Shown: positions 51,647 to 61,399 of the stretch, piece by piece
How positions within the stretch are numbered: the first letter of the stretch is position 1
Layout: each line of letters opens with the position of its first letter
From: Nostoc sp. DedSLP01
GTDB lineage: Bacteria; Cyanobacteriota; Cyanobacteriia; Cyanobacteriales; Nostocaceae
Direction of reading: 5' to 3'
NCBI GenBank assembly: GCA_034530875.2
Contig: JAVRCJ020000019.1
Coordinates: forward strand, 1-64,000
DNA: 64,000 nucleotides
Translations under genes and position numbers: made by a program
The notes under the pieces: generated by a model
What the model was told of the DNA's origin: nothing
What the model saw: only the letters and a program-made list of their open reading frames with translations
Databases searched by the model: none

Positions 51647-52378
51647 ATGAATAGCATTGCTATTAAAACTGATGAGGTGGGCAAGAACTCTTTGACTGTA
51701 GAAGATGTTACTACTGATTTAACCTCAGTAATGTCAGATCTAAACGAACAGCTAACATACTTAATTGCCCAAGCCCGTAGACATTCACCTGGAAGTCCTC
51801 AACGTCAGAAACTACTCACGCAAGTCATTCGTTTGGTACAAGGTAAACTCTGGAAGGAAAATACCCCCTACTATCAAGACGCACTGCAACAAACTTGGTT
51901 GTATTTCTCCCGCAACGTTTGTGATGGCCTAACAGGTCAAACCTATGACCCCACTCAAGGCACTGTCATAACTTGGCTGAATGCTTATCTAAAACGCAGA
52001 CTACAAGATTTTTCTTTAAATCAAAACCGAGAACTAGCTACAACAGTCTCAGTTAGAGTTCGTCAGTCTAATTCAGGTGACATTGAAACTATTGACCCTA
52101 TGGATAATATACCAGCTAACCCCGAAACGCCTCCCATTTTGGAAAACCTGGAGATATGGGTGGAGACAGACCCAGATACAGAACTACGCAGCACTCACAT
52201 TAAAGGGCGTCCTGACGTAAATTGTCAGGTATTAATTCTCAAACGCCTACCGCCAGAAGTTAGCTGGAAAGAATTATCTGAAGATTTTGGGCTGCCAATT
52301 CCGACATTAAGCAGTTTCTATCAACGTCAGTGTCTACCACGCTTGCGGAAATTTGCTGAAAGAGAGGGCTTATTATGA
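51647..52378 (+). CDS. Sigma-70-like (ECF-type) DNA-binding protein of filamentous cyanobacteria
   Basis: Region-2-like YQDALQQTW...YDP..G.VITWLN.YLKRRL, and a C-terminal HTH SWKELSEDFGLPIPTLSSFYQR. AAGGA RBS before ATG 51647. Confidence 0.7.
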   Translation: MNSIAIKTDEVGKNSLTVEDVTTDLTSVMSDLNEQLTYLIAQARRHSPGSPQRQKLLTQVIRLVQGKLWKENTPYYQDALQQTWLYFSRNVCDGLTGQTYDPTQGTVITWLNAYLKRRLQDFSLNQNRELATTVSVRVRQSNSGDIETIDPMDNIPANPETPPILENLEIWVETDPDTELRSTHIKGRPDVNCQVLILKRLPPEVSWKELSEDFGLPIPTLSSFYQRQCLPRLRKFAEREGLL

Positions 52379-52389
52379 AATTCGTTGTC

Positions 52390-53970
52390 TTAGTCATGGT
52401 AATTGAGCAATTGCTTTAATTTAATTGAACACTGCTGTCCGTAATCTGAGAAAGTAAAGATTCCCAATCCTAAAGCAACTATCAATACCCAACTAAATGC
52501 ACCTATCAAAAATAATCTTTGCAGTTTGGCAGTTTTTTGCTCTTGAATCAGTCGGGCTTTTACTTCTTTTGCACGTTCTGCTTCTAACCACGTCTCAACT
52601 TCTCGGCGATCGCATTCTTGACTAGCTGCTAAAAACTGATAATCTAAATCGCTTAAGCTTTTACCATGCGACCAAGCTAGAGCTTCATTTAAGGCTGTCC
52701 CGCGTAATAGTCGTGAATTATCGGACTGTTTTGAGGCTACCCAAGCATTCAAGGCTTGGGAGTATGGTCGTAATTTTGCTAATTGTTTTTCTACCCAAGT
52801 TTGGTTAAAAACTTCTTCATAAATACGGTTTTTTACTACTAATTGTCCTTCTTGCTTCGTTACTAATCCCGATAAAAGTAGTTCTATTTGTTCTTCTCCA
52901 TCATCACAAGCTACCTGGACTCCTTGTAAAATTTGCTGGTAAAGTCCTAGCAAACCGCCAGCACGCTCCTCATTTCTCAGCAAGCGATCGCGGATTGTTT
53001 TCAAATGCTCTGGATCGTCCTTTGCTTCCCATTTTTCAATAATATGGGTTTGCACTAGCTTTTCTAAAACTAACAAGGGAAATTGGTAATAAAAATTTAT
53101 TAGATGTTGATTAATAATCGGTAAATGGTCGTCCAATTTATAACGCTCGTAAACTTCTAGGCTTCTTTGCTCTTCAACATCTTTGCTTCCAGAATTTCTT
53201 TCTTGCACCACTATCTGACAAAGCTTTTGGGTGAGAAATGGCTGACCGTTTGTCCAAGCTAAAATTTCTTTGACAACCGCCATCGGATTAGCTACCTTCC
53301 CTTCCAACCCTGCTGCTAATGGTTGAACTTCCGATAGATTAAAGCCATGCAGTTCAATAGATCTACCGATATTAAATGGCGTACAGTTGCGATCGGCAAT
53401 CAAATGTGAAGGTGTTGCTACTCCGAACAACGCCCAAGTCAAGCGGTTATATTCTGGATTTTCTGCTCGCTGATTGTAGCAGGAGCGAATTAAAGTAAAA
53501 AAATCAACTACGGGGAAATTTAAACCTAAAACGCTATCAATTTCATCAATAAAAATAAATATTTTTTCAGCTTTGATTTGAACTAATAAAATATCTTCAA
53601 CAAATTGGCTCAATCGTTGTAATGCAGGTAAATCTTCACGCTCTGCCCACCAAGTTTTGATATTAACTTTACTAAAAAGATTAAAACTCCTTAATAAGTC
53701 AACTACTATACCCTTATACCACTGGGTAGGAGTAATATTGCCGTTACCAATCCGAGTCATATCAATAGAAGCACAACTGTAACCAGCTTGTTCTAATCGA
53801 TACCTAGTTTGTAACCGCAAGCTTGATTTACCCATCTGTCGAGAACTAAATACATAACAAAATTCAGCTTGAATTAGAGCATTATAAAGTTCAAAATCAG
53901 CCTGCCGTTTGACATAGCTAGGAGCATCAATTTTGAGACTGCCACCAATTTGATATTCGTACTTATTCAT
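52390..53970 (-). CDS. AAA-like (AAA_35) ATPase, C-terminal effector domain apparently lost
   Basis: YQIGGSL, SSRQMGKSSL, IFIDEIDS, TPFNIG, GQPFLTQKLC, SRLLRG; ends shortly after a TM segment. Confidence 0.85.
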   Translation of the reverse strand: MNKYEYQIGGSLKIDAPSYVKRQADFELYNALIQAEFCYVFSSRQMGKSSLRLQTRYRLEQAGYSCASIDMTRIGNGNITPTQWYKGIVVDLLRSFNLFSKVNIKTWWAEREDLPALQRLSQFVEDILLVQIKAEKIFIFIDEIDSVLGLNFPVVDFFTLIRSCYNQRAENPEYNRLTWALFGVATPSHLIADRNCTPFNIGRSIELHGFNLSEVQPLAAGLEGKVANPMAVVKEILAWTNGQPFLTQKLCQIVVQERNSGSKDVEEQRSLEVYERYKLDDHLPIINQHLINFYYQFPLLVLEKLVQTHIIEKWEAKDDPEHLKTIRDRLLRNEERAGGLLGLYQQILQGVQVACDDGEEQIELLLSGLVTKQEGQLVVKNRIYEEVFNQTWVEKQLAKLRPYSQALNAWVASKQSDNSRLLRGTALNEALAWSHGKSLSDLDYQFLAASQECDRREVETWLEAERAKEVKARLIQEQKTAKLQRLFLIGAFSWVLIVALGLGIFTFSDYGQQCSIKLKQLLNYHD

Positions 53971-53975
53971 AACTT

Positions 53976-55394
53976 TTAGGTTAATTGCTCGCGGAAATAC
54001 AGCTGATATAATTCACAGCTAGGCATTGCCTGATTTCCCTCAAGTTTTACTAAACCCATACTTTCTAATTTATAGGCAGCGATCGCTTCTAATTGTACGC
54101 TTGTTGGAGAATTCACCACCCGCTTGAGTGCTGCTGCAAGTTCTGAATGTTCTTGGAGATTTGCTAGGTGATGCCGTAAATAGTTGCTATAAATGCCGGC
54201 AATTGTCGGAGCTTCTTCTAATAATTGCTCTAGGGTTACTGTTTGATTTCCCAGATTATAAAGAGCCAAACGAGCTAAATAGGGATGACCGCCAATCATC
54301 GCTATTAAAGGAGCCAGCTTTTGCAATCCTTTCTCACCTTTAGCCCAATCTAATCCATGACGCACAGCTAATTCTTGCATCTGCTCTAAACTAAATTCTG
54401 GTAACTTAATCGGTAATCCCACATTGAAAGGAGATTGATTAATATCTAATGGAATATAAGCTTCAGTGGCATGAACTACTAGCGATCGCAATTTTTGCCA
54501 GATATCCAATTCGGAAGCATCCTCATACCAAGAACGCAGTAACGGCAGAAAATCCCTAGAGATTTCTGGATACTCGAAAATTCGATTTACTTCATCCAAA
54601 GCTAAAACTACTGGAGCGTCTATTTTCTCTAATAAATATTCCTGTAAATACAATGTGCAGCTAACTTTGCTACCAATATCTTCATCCCAATAATCATCTA
54701 ATCTAATTTCTAAATTTAACTGGCGACTGACATTAGCACAAAACCAGCGTAAGAATTTTTCTAAGCTAGTAAAAACTTGACTATCTGCTCTCTGCAAACC
54801 GATTTGTACGGTGTGTACCCCAGTTTGCTTAGCACGAGCAAGGATTCTGTGCATGAGGGAAGTTTTTCCCATTTTGCTGGGAGCTTTGATTCTAATTAAG
54901 CTTCCAGGTTTATTAATTTCGGCATAAGCGCGTTCTTCAATTGGCGGACGTTCAATGTAAAAAAAAGAATTAAGCGGTACTGAGCCACCAGGAATTTCTA
55001 ATAAGTCAGAATTGACGACTGGGGTTTGTCTTTCTTGTTGCCTTTCCAATACCAAAGAAGCCCCCGGTATACCGTCTTTGACTCTACTGATTTGCTGAGA
55101 CTGTCTTAAGACTGGTGGTATTTCTACTTTTTCTGACAAAATATGACTTTGCGTTCGCCGCCTTAATACCGAGCGAAAATTACTTTTTGTCACCTCCTCT
55201 CCGAAAGCCTGGGAAAGTAACTTCCATAACTTAGATCCCACATCTTTGATGTAATTGGCATCATAACCACAGCTTTCGGCAATATCTGGATAAGTTTGTC
55301 CTTCCCAAGCTTTACGAAATATTATTTCTTGAACATCGCTTAAGCCATGTTCAAGAAATGTATCTAAAAATACTAGTGCTTCTTCTATATTCAT
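53976..55394 (-). CDS. wHTH + AAA-like (AAA_35) domain protein
   Basis: N-terminal GQTYPDIAE...GSKLWKLLS.AFGE.VTKSNF wHTH, KAPSKMGKTSL, LDEVN, QSPFNVG, GGHPYL. Confidence 0.88.
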   Translation of the reverse strand: MNIEEALVFLDTFLEHGLSDVQEIIFRKAWEGQTYPDIAESCGYDANYIKDVGSKLWKLLSQAFGEEVTKSNFRSVLRRRTQSHILSEKVEIPPVLRQSQQISRVKDGIPGASLVLERQQERQTPVVNSDLLEIPGGSVPLNSFFYIERPPIEERAYAEINKPGSLIRIKAPSKMGKTSLMHRILARAKQTGVHTVQIGLQRADSQVFTSLEKFLRWFCANVSRQLNLEIRLDDYWDEDIGSKVSCTLYLQEYLLEKIDAPVVLALDEVNRIFEYPEISRDFLPLLRSWYEDASELDIWQKLRSLVVHATEAYIPLDINQSPFNVGLPIKLPEFSLEQMQELAVRHGLDWAKGEKGLQKLAPLIAMIGGHPYLARLALYNLGNQTVTLEQLLEEAPTIAGIYSNYLRHHLANLQEHSELAAALKRVVNSPTSVQLEAIAAYKLESMGLVKLEGNQAMPSCELYQLYFREQLT

Positions 55395-55590
55395 TTGTAA
55401 AAAGAATAAAGTTAGTTTTAAATAAGACTTTAGCGGAATTTTTCATATTTTTTTCTTTATTTACTTAAATTTAAACAGTTGACTTCATTTCCACCTGCCG
55501 TTCTCAGATATTGGTGAAGCTTCCTTGACAGGTGCGATCGGCTTTCCGATAAAATAAAGTCGATCGCAATCGGGATGACAAGCATCCACA

Positions 55591-56007
55591 ATGGCTAAAG
55601 ATGTTTTCCATCAACAGGTTAAAAATGCATTAATCAAAGATGGATGGAATATCACCCATGACCCTCTCACCATTCGTATTAGCGAAGCAGTCAAATTACA
55701 AATTGATTTAGCAGCAGAAAGCGCCATCGCCGCAGAACGGGATTCAGAAAAAATTGCTGTAGAAATTAAAAGCTTTATTGGGGACTCGGATATTAGTGCA
55801 TTTCATACCGCGTTGGGTCAATATCTTAACTATTGCCAAGCACTTGAAGAACAAGAACCAGATCGAATTGTTTATTTAGCGATCCCTGTTGAAACCTATC
55901 AAGATTTTTTTCAGCTTTCCTTCATCCAACGCGCCATTGCACGTTATCAAGTCAAACTGATAATTTACAATCCTCAACAGGAGGAGATTCAGCAATGGAT
56001 AAGTTAG
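55591..56007 (+). CDS. xisH: XisH family protein
   Basis: MAKDVFHQQVKNALIKDGWNITHDP, IAVEIKSF, FHTALGQYLNY. Confidence 0.95.
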   Translation: MAKDVFHQQVKNALIKDGWNITHDPLTIRISEAVKLQIDLAAESAIAAERDSEKIAVEIKSFIGDSDISAFHTALGQYLNYCQALEEQEPDRIVYLAIPVETYQDFFQLSFIQRAIARYQVKLIIYNPQQEEIQQWIS

Positions 56008-56330
56008 AACGCTATCGACAATTTGTTAAGCAAATTTTAACCGAACACGCCCAAATCACTACCACCACTGATACGGTGAAGGCAGAGCTAATATTTGACA
56101 GCGAACACGACCATTATCAACTCGCTTATGTCGGGTGGCAAGGAGATAAGCGGGTATTTGGCCCTGTTATGCACTTTGATATTCAAGACGGTAAAATTTG
56201 GATTCAGTATAACGGTACCGAAGAATCTATTGCCGAGAGGTTGGTTGAGATGGGCGTACCGACATCAGATATTGTTCTGGGTTTTCATTCCGCTTTTAAA
56301 CGTCAATTTACTCGTTATGCGGTTGGTTAA
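55995..56330 (+). CDS. xisI: XisI family protein
   Basis: MDKLERYRQ, DHYQL..VGW, HFDI.DGKIWIQYNGTE, DIVLGFH; overlaps xisH. Confidence 0.95.
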   Translation: MDKLERYRQFVKQILTEHAQITTTTDTVKAELIFDSEHDHYQLAYVGWQGDKRVFGPVMHFDIQDGKIWIQYNGTEESIAERLVEMGVPTSDIVLGFHSAFKRQFTRYAVG

Positions 56331-56382
56331 CGTGAGTCTCCAAGGGAGGTGCAGGGGAGCAGGGGAGGCAGAACGATTTTAT

Positions 56383-57885
56383 TTAGCGCAGAGACTTTAA
56401 GCTTTCAGTCTTTTGCACTAAGAAATCAGTGAAGATGCTCATAATAGTGCGCTGACGCAATTTCACATTCGCATTAATAGACATACCTGATTGCAAGGGG
56501 ATTTGGCGCTGATTAATTAGTAATTTCTGACCGTTGAGACGGACTTTTGCAGAAAAACGCCAGAAATTATAAACTTGGTCTGGAGGTAAGGCATCAGAGC
56601 CAATCTCAACTAGTTCGCCTTTGATATCGCCATACTCTTGGAAGGGGAAGGAATCAATTCTCACATCGACTTGTTGTCCTTCTTTGACAAAGCCGATGTC
56701 GCGGTTGGTGATGTATACGTTAGCAACCAAGTTATCGCTAGGAACGAGTTTTAAGAGTGGTTCGCTGGATTTAACTACAAATCCTGCTGTTTTGGCTTTG
56801 AGTTCAAAGACTGTTCCGTTTACAGGTGCAATAATTTTTTGATATTTCAAAGTTTGTTGTGCTTGAACCCACTTACTATCAATTTCACCGATTTGACCGT
56901 TAATTTCATAAATACGTTTTTGATTATCTATAACTACCTTGGTTAATTGACTGTCAATTTCGGCAATTCTTTTATCGTTATCTGTAATTTTGGCTAGTAA
57001 GTCTTCTTGAGACACAGCCGCAGTGTTGCGTAATTTTTCGTTTGATTGAGCGATCGCTAATTGTAATCGCTGCTGTTCCCTATTCAAGCGAATCACTTCA
57101 GCTTGTTTAGCGCTGACATCCTGTTGTTGTTTCAAGTATTGCACCTGGGAAATAGCTCCCTGCTGCGCTAGAGGTTCAAACTTGCTAAGAATTTGTTGAT
57201 TAATTGTTAGCAACTCTTTAGCGCTAGTTAACTGCGCCTGAGTCTGGAAAAATTGTTGTTGGGTCTGTCCCGTTTCTAAATTAGCTGTAGCTAAACGCGA
57301 TTCTAATTCTATTTGGCGATTTCGCAAGCGTAACTGTTGCTCTCTTGTGAGAGAACTTCCAGCAGTTGCACCGTTTAACTGCGTTCTGTACAACTGGTTT
57401 TCGGCAATAATGGTTGCTCTACTCTTGGTCAAGAAAGCTAGTTCTGGTTTAATTTTCAACAGAGCTGTTTGCTGTGCCACTTCCTGTAGTGAGATTGTCC
57501 CTTGAAGTTGGCGGCGGTAAAAATCATTTTCTTGCTCTAGCACTTGTTTGGCAAGCAACTGAGCAGCACGAGTTTGCTTTAATGAAGTTAGCTCCGCCTC
57601 AGAAGTAGTTTTTTCTAAGGTAACAAGCGTGTCACCTTTTTTGACTCGCTGACCATCTTTGACTAGAATCTCATTGACAACACCAGGAACCGGAGCTTGA
57701 ATTTCTTTAACTGCACCCTGTGGTTCTAGCTTGCCAGTAGCATGAATTGATTCATCAATTTTGAACACAGAGGCCCAAATTACTGCAAAGGTGCTAACTC
57801 CAACGATAGTCCAAGCGATCGCTCTTGACCAAGTAGGAGTTTGTTGTAAAAGTACGGGGCGATCGAATTTATATTGAATATCCAT
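56383..57885 (-). CDS. HlyD family type I secretion membrane-fusion protein
   Basis: N-terminal TM, GKLEPQGAVKEIQAP, coiled coil, IIAPVNGTVF, DIGFV, FPFQEYG, LQSGMS. Confidence 0.93.
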   Translation of the reverse strand: MDIQYKFDRPVLLQQTPTWSRAIAWTIVGVSTFAVIWASVFKIDESIHATGKLEPQGAVKEIQAPVPGVVNEILVKDGQRVKKGDTLVTLEKTTSEAELTSLKQTRAAQLLAKQVLEQENDFYRRQLQGTISLQEVAQQTALLKIKPELAFLTKSRATIIAENQLYRTQLNGATAGSSLTREQQLRLRNRQIELESRLATANLETGQTQQQFFQTQAQLTSAKELLTINQQILSKFEPLAQQGAISQVQYLKQQQDVSAKQAEVIRLNREQQRLQLAIAQSNEKLRNTAAVSQEDLLAKITDNDKRIAEIDSQLTKVVIDNQKRIYEINGQIGEIDSKWVQAQQTLKYQKIIAPVNGTVFELKAKTAGFVVKSSEPLLKLVPSDNLVANVYITNRDIGFVKEGQQVDVRIDSFPFQEYGDIKGELVEIGSDALPPDQVYNFWRFSAKVRLNGQKLLINQRQIPLQSGMSINANVKLRQRTIMSIFTDFLVQKTESLKSLR

Positions 57886-58004
57886 ATCGTAATTCGTAGT
57901 TCGTAATTCGTAATTCGTAATTAAAGAATTCAAATTTTATCTAGATTTCAAGGTTTAAATCTGTTGGAGAATTTTACAGAAGTAATATTAGGAGTCCTAA
58001 AGTT

Positions 58005-58235
58005 CAACTTCCGAGTTCAGAGGCTCAACGTTCGAGTAAAAAGGTGCAACTTCCGAGTTCAGAGGCTCAACGTTCAAGCAAAAAGGTGCAACTTCCGAGT
58101 TCAGAGGCTCAACGTTCAAGCAAAAAGGTGCAACTTCCAAGTTCAGAGGCTCAACGTTCGAGCAAAAAGGTGCAACTTCCAAGTTCAGAGGCTCAACGTT
58201 CAAGCAAAAAGGTGCAACTTTCGAGTTCAAAGGCT
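58005..58235. repeat. Tandem repeat, ~5.5 x 42 bp (two alternating 21-bp subunits)
   Basis: CAACTTCCGAGTTCAGAGGCT-CAACGTTCAAGCAAAAAGGTG units at 58005, 58047, 58089, 58131, 58173 and 58215. Confidence 0.92.
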
Positions 58236-58301
58236 GAAGTATCGAGTTTTAAGCTTGAAGTTTCATTATTTAAAGTTGAAGCAATAGTATTTACTGCTGA
58301 C

Positions 58302-58355
58302 AAATGACTAATAACTAATAACTAATGACAAATGACTAATAACTAATGACTAATA
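58302..58355. repeat. STRR (AATGACT/AATAACT)n
   Basis: Directly visible heptamer run next to the hlyB-like stop codon. Confidence 0.8.
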
Positions 58356-58356
58356 A

Positions 58357-61293
58357 TTAAACTTGCGTTTCCTGTTGCTGATAAAGACAGTAGTAATAAC
58401 CTTTAAGCGCCATCAACTCTTCATGAGTCCCCTGTTCTACCACAGCACCTCTATCCATCATCAAAATGACATCGGCATTGCGAATTGTGCTGAGGCGATG
58501 AGTAATGAAAAATACTGTTTTACCTTGGAAAGCTGCCGCCAAATTCCGGCAAACTTGAGCTTCAGCATTGTAATCTAAAGCACTCGTTGCTTCATCAAGG
58601 ATGAGCAATTGCGGATTTTGTAGGACAGTACGAGCGATCGCCACGCGTTGCCGTTGTCCCCCAGACAGTCCCGAACCTCGCTCGCCGACACGGGTATTAT
58701 AACCACTGGGCAAAGACATAATGAAGTCGTGGGCATAAGCTACCTTAGCAGCGTTAATAATTTCCTCGTCGCTAGCATCAGGATATCCCAAGGCAATATT
58801 TTCGCGGACTGTGCCATCAAACAGTAAAGTATCTTGTAACACCATACCAATCTGACGGCGTAAGGAATAAAGCTCTACTTTGCTGATATCATAGCCATCA
58901 ATCGAGATTTTGCCGGACTTGGGTTCGTAAAGCCTGGGTAATAATTTTAGCAGCGTGCTTTTACCAGAACCGCTTTGACCAACTATTCCTACAAACGAGC
59001 CAGCCGGAAAATCTAAGTTAATATTGCACAGTTGCAATGGCCCGGGTTCCGAGAAACTGAAGCTAAGATTTTCAAAGCGGACGCTACCTTGAATGCTAGG
59101 CATCAGGATATTTTGACTGTCGCCGATTTCTATTTCTTGGGGAGTATCTAAAATATCACCAAGGCGTTGCAGAGAAAGGGCAGTTTCTTGGAAGTTCTGC
59201 CATAGTTGCATGAGGCGCAGCAAGGGACTGGTAACATAACCAGCCAAAATACGAAAGGCGATGAGTTGTCCCAAAGTAAGTTGTTGATTGAGGACGAGAA
59301 AAGCTCCCACCCACAGCACTAACATACTAGAAAACTTGTTAAGAAAACTGCTGACAGAACCGGCGTTAGTTTGGGTAGAAACTGTTTTGAAACTGGCGCT
59401 GATGTAACGAGCATAGCGTTCTTGCCATTGCCAACGCGATCGCATTTCTAAATTTTGTGCCTTGACTGTCTGCATTCCCCCCATCACTTCTACTAAATAA
59501 GATTGCGTGTCGGCATTGCACTCAGCTTTTTCTTGCAATTGTCGCCGCATCAAAGGTGATACCATCAAGTTGAGCAAACCAAACAACGGCACTGTTGCTA
59601 AAGCAACTAAGGTCAGCACTGGGCTGTAAATCGCCATCACCACAATATAAACTACAGAAAACACAGCATCCATCACCACAGTGAGAGCTGTACCAGTCAA
59701 GAAAGAGCGAATATTTTCCAACTCGTGAACTCGCGTTGCCAACTCTCCCACAGGACGGCGTTCAAAGTAAGATAATGGCAGACGCAACAGATGATTAATC
59801 ACCTCAGAACCAAGGGTGAGGTCAATACGATTGGTTGTATCTGTAAATAAATGAGTCCGAACGCTGGTGAGTATGGCTTCAATGATTGCTATTACCAGTA
59901 AAAAGATGCCGAAAACTTCCAAGGTATCGGGACTGTTACCAACCAGTACTTTGTCAATAATTACTTGAGTGGCGAGAGGATTTACTAAGCCAAACAGTTG
60001 GATAACAATGGAAGCAATCAGGACTTCAATTAAAACTTTGCGATAGCGTCGCAGTGAAGGTACAAACCAACTCAAACTAAATCGTGACTTGGGAGTATTT
60101 TTATTAGTTTGTAGCAGCAGGACTTCTCCTTCAGTCCCCCAGTTTTCCGCAAAATCTCGTAATTTGTAGCGCAACAGTCCCATTTCTGGAACGGCAATGA
60201 GTAATTCTTGATTATTATTTTTATAGATAATGGCAAAACTATCTTGCCAAGAAATCATCACTGGTAGTTGTAAGCGTCCGACTGCGACGGCGGGAACTTT
60301 GACCATTTGTGTTGTCAATCCCATCAACTCAGCCGCAGCGGCGCAAAATTGCAGAGATATAATACCCTTTTGTTCGTGGTGCTTTGTCAACACCCGGCGC
60401 AGTGTATCTCTGCGTAAAGGGATATTAAAGTATTGGCTCAACATTTGGAAGCAAGCCAGAGAACCATCGAGGGGCCCTCTACCCTTGGTATAAGGATACT
60501 TCTTTTTCCCTTGAGTTACTGGTTCTTCTGTGATATTAATTTCTGAAGCGTAGGGAATCTCTGGGGGTAAAAGTGTTTTTGGTGTGGCGGGGAGATTTTC
60601 TCCAAGTAGTGATTTGGGAAATCCCACAAAGCGCATATTTGTATTAAATTTCAGCTTGGGGTTAAGTTCATCTAACTCTAAGCGACTACCGGGGGGAAAC
60701 TCGGGATCGAAATTACTGCTAACTAACCACAAAAATTCTGAGTCTAACTGCTGCTGAAAGGCTTTGCGTGCGGGGATAGTTTGGATAATAGCAACTTCAG
60801 TTGCAGCCTGAGCAAGCTTAACTAAATTTTTGTTAACATCTGGGCGACGGCTGAGTTCTTCGCTAAGCAGTTCATATAGTTCTACAACAGAGATTTCATT
60901 TTGCAAAGCTTGGGCAAAAGCTGTTTCCTGCTTAAGTAACGTTAGAAAACCAGCAATAGGTACATTGAGGGTAATAACTTCAGTAGAAGCGATCGCAGTT
61001 TCACATGCAATACCCCGCACGTGACTTACCCAACCTAAAACCTCTCCTGGAGAGAGCAATTTCAGTGTCGCTGGATTTTGCGCTTGGGAATTATAACCCA
61101 ATAAACGCGCTTGTCCTTGGTAGATAATGCTAATTTGCTCCGGCATAGCTTCCCTTGTTACTATTACCTGCCCAATGCGATAGCGAAAAAATTGCGCTTT
61201 TTTGAATAAATTTTGTAAAACATCCGGTGACAGATAATTGAACGGAAATAAATCGCCAATAAATTCTTGAATATCAACAGTTGTATTTGTCAT
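58357..61293 (-). CDS. HlyB-type type I secretion ABC transporter (cNMP-like + C39-like + TM + ABC)
   Basis: Walker A GQSGSGKST, LSGGQRQR, LDEATSALD, ITHRL. N-terminal cNMP-binding-like domain; the C39-like region lacks an obvious catalytic Cys motif. Confidence 0.94.
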   Translation of the reverse strand: MTNTTVDIQEFIGDLFPFNYLSPDVLQNLFKKAQFFRYRIGQVIVTREAMPEQISIIYQGQARLLGYNSQAQNPATLKLLSPGEVLGWVSHVRGIACETAIASTEVITLNVPIAGFLTLLKQETAFAQALQNEISVVELYELLSEELSRRPDVNKNLVKLAQAATEVAIIQTIPARKAFQQQLDSEFLWLVSSNFDPEFPPGSRLELDELNPKLKFNTNMRFVGFPKSLLGENLPATPKTLLPPEIPYASEINITEEPVTQGKKKYPYTKGRGPLDGSLACFQMLSQYFNIPLRRDTLRRVLTKHHEQKGIISLQFCAAAAELMGLTTQMVKVPAVAVGRLQLPVMISWQDSFAIIYKNNNQELLIAVPEMGLLRYKLRDFAENWGTEGEVLLLQTNKNTPKSRFSLSWFVPSLRRYRKVLIEVLIASIVIQLFGLVNPLATQVIIDKVLVGNSPDTLEVFGIFLLVIAIIEAILTSVRTHLFTDTTNRIDLTLGSEVINHLLRLPLSYFERRPVGELATRVHELENIRSFLTGTALTVVMDAVFSVVYIVVMAIYSPVLTLVALATVPLFGLLNLMVSPLMRRQLQEKAECNADTQSYLVEVMGGMQTVKAQNLEMRSRWQWQERYARYISASFKTVSTQTNAGSVSSFLNKFSSMLVLWVGAFLVLNQQLTLGQLIAFRILAGYVTSPLLRLMQLWQNFQETALSLQRLGDILDTPQEIEIGDSQNILMPSIQGSVRFENLSFSFSEPGPLQLCNINLDFPAGSFVGIVGQSGSGKSTLLKLLPRLYEPKSGKISIDGYDISKVELYSLRRQIGMVLQDTLLFDGTVRENIALGYPDASDEEIINAAKVAYAHDFIMSLPSGYNTRVGERGSGLSGGQRQRVAIARTVLQNPQLLILDEATSALDYNAEAQVCRNLAAAFQGKTVFFITHRLSTIRNADVILMMDRGAVVEQGTHEELMALKGYYYCLYQQQETQV

Positions 61294-61399
61294 TATCTTC
61301 TAAACCATATTTTGATAAGTTCTAAACCAATACGCTTGTTTTAAACCTTTTTCTACCCCTGCCTGCCTTAACAGATAGATTTTCTAAACTCAACTACTT

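Noticed and set aside
55591..56330. fdxN excision element
   Set aside because: No serine recombinase or interrupted nif/fdxN gene in the window.
58005..58235. Possible CRISPR array
   Set aside because: Units are contiguous near-identical tandem copies with no unique spacers, and there are no cas genes.
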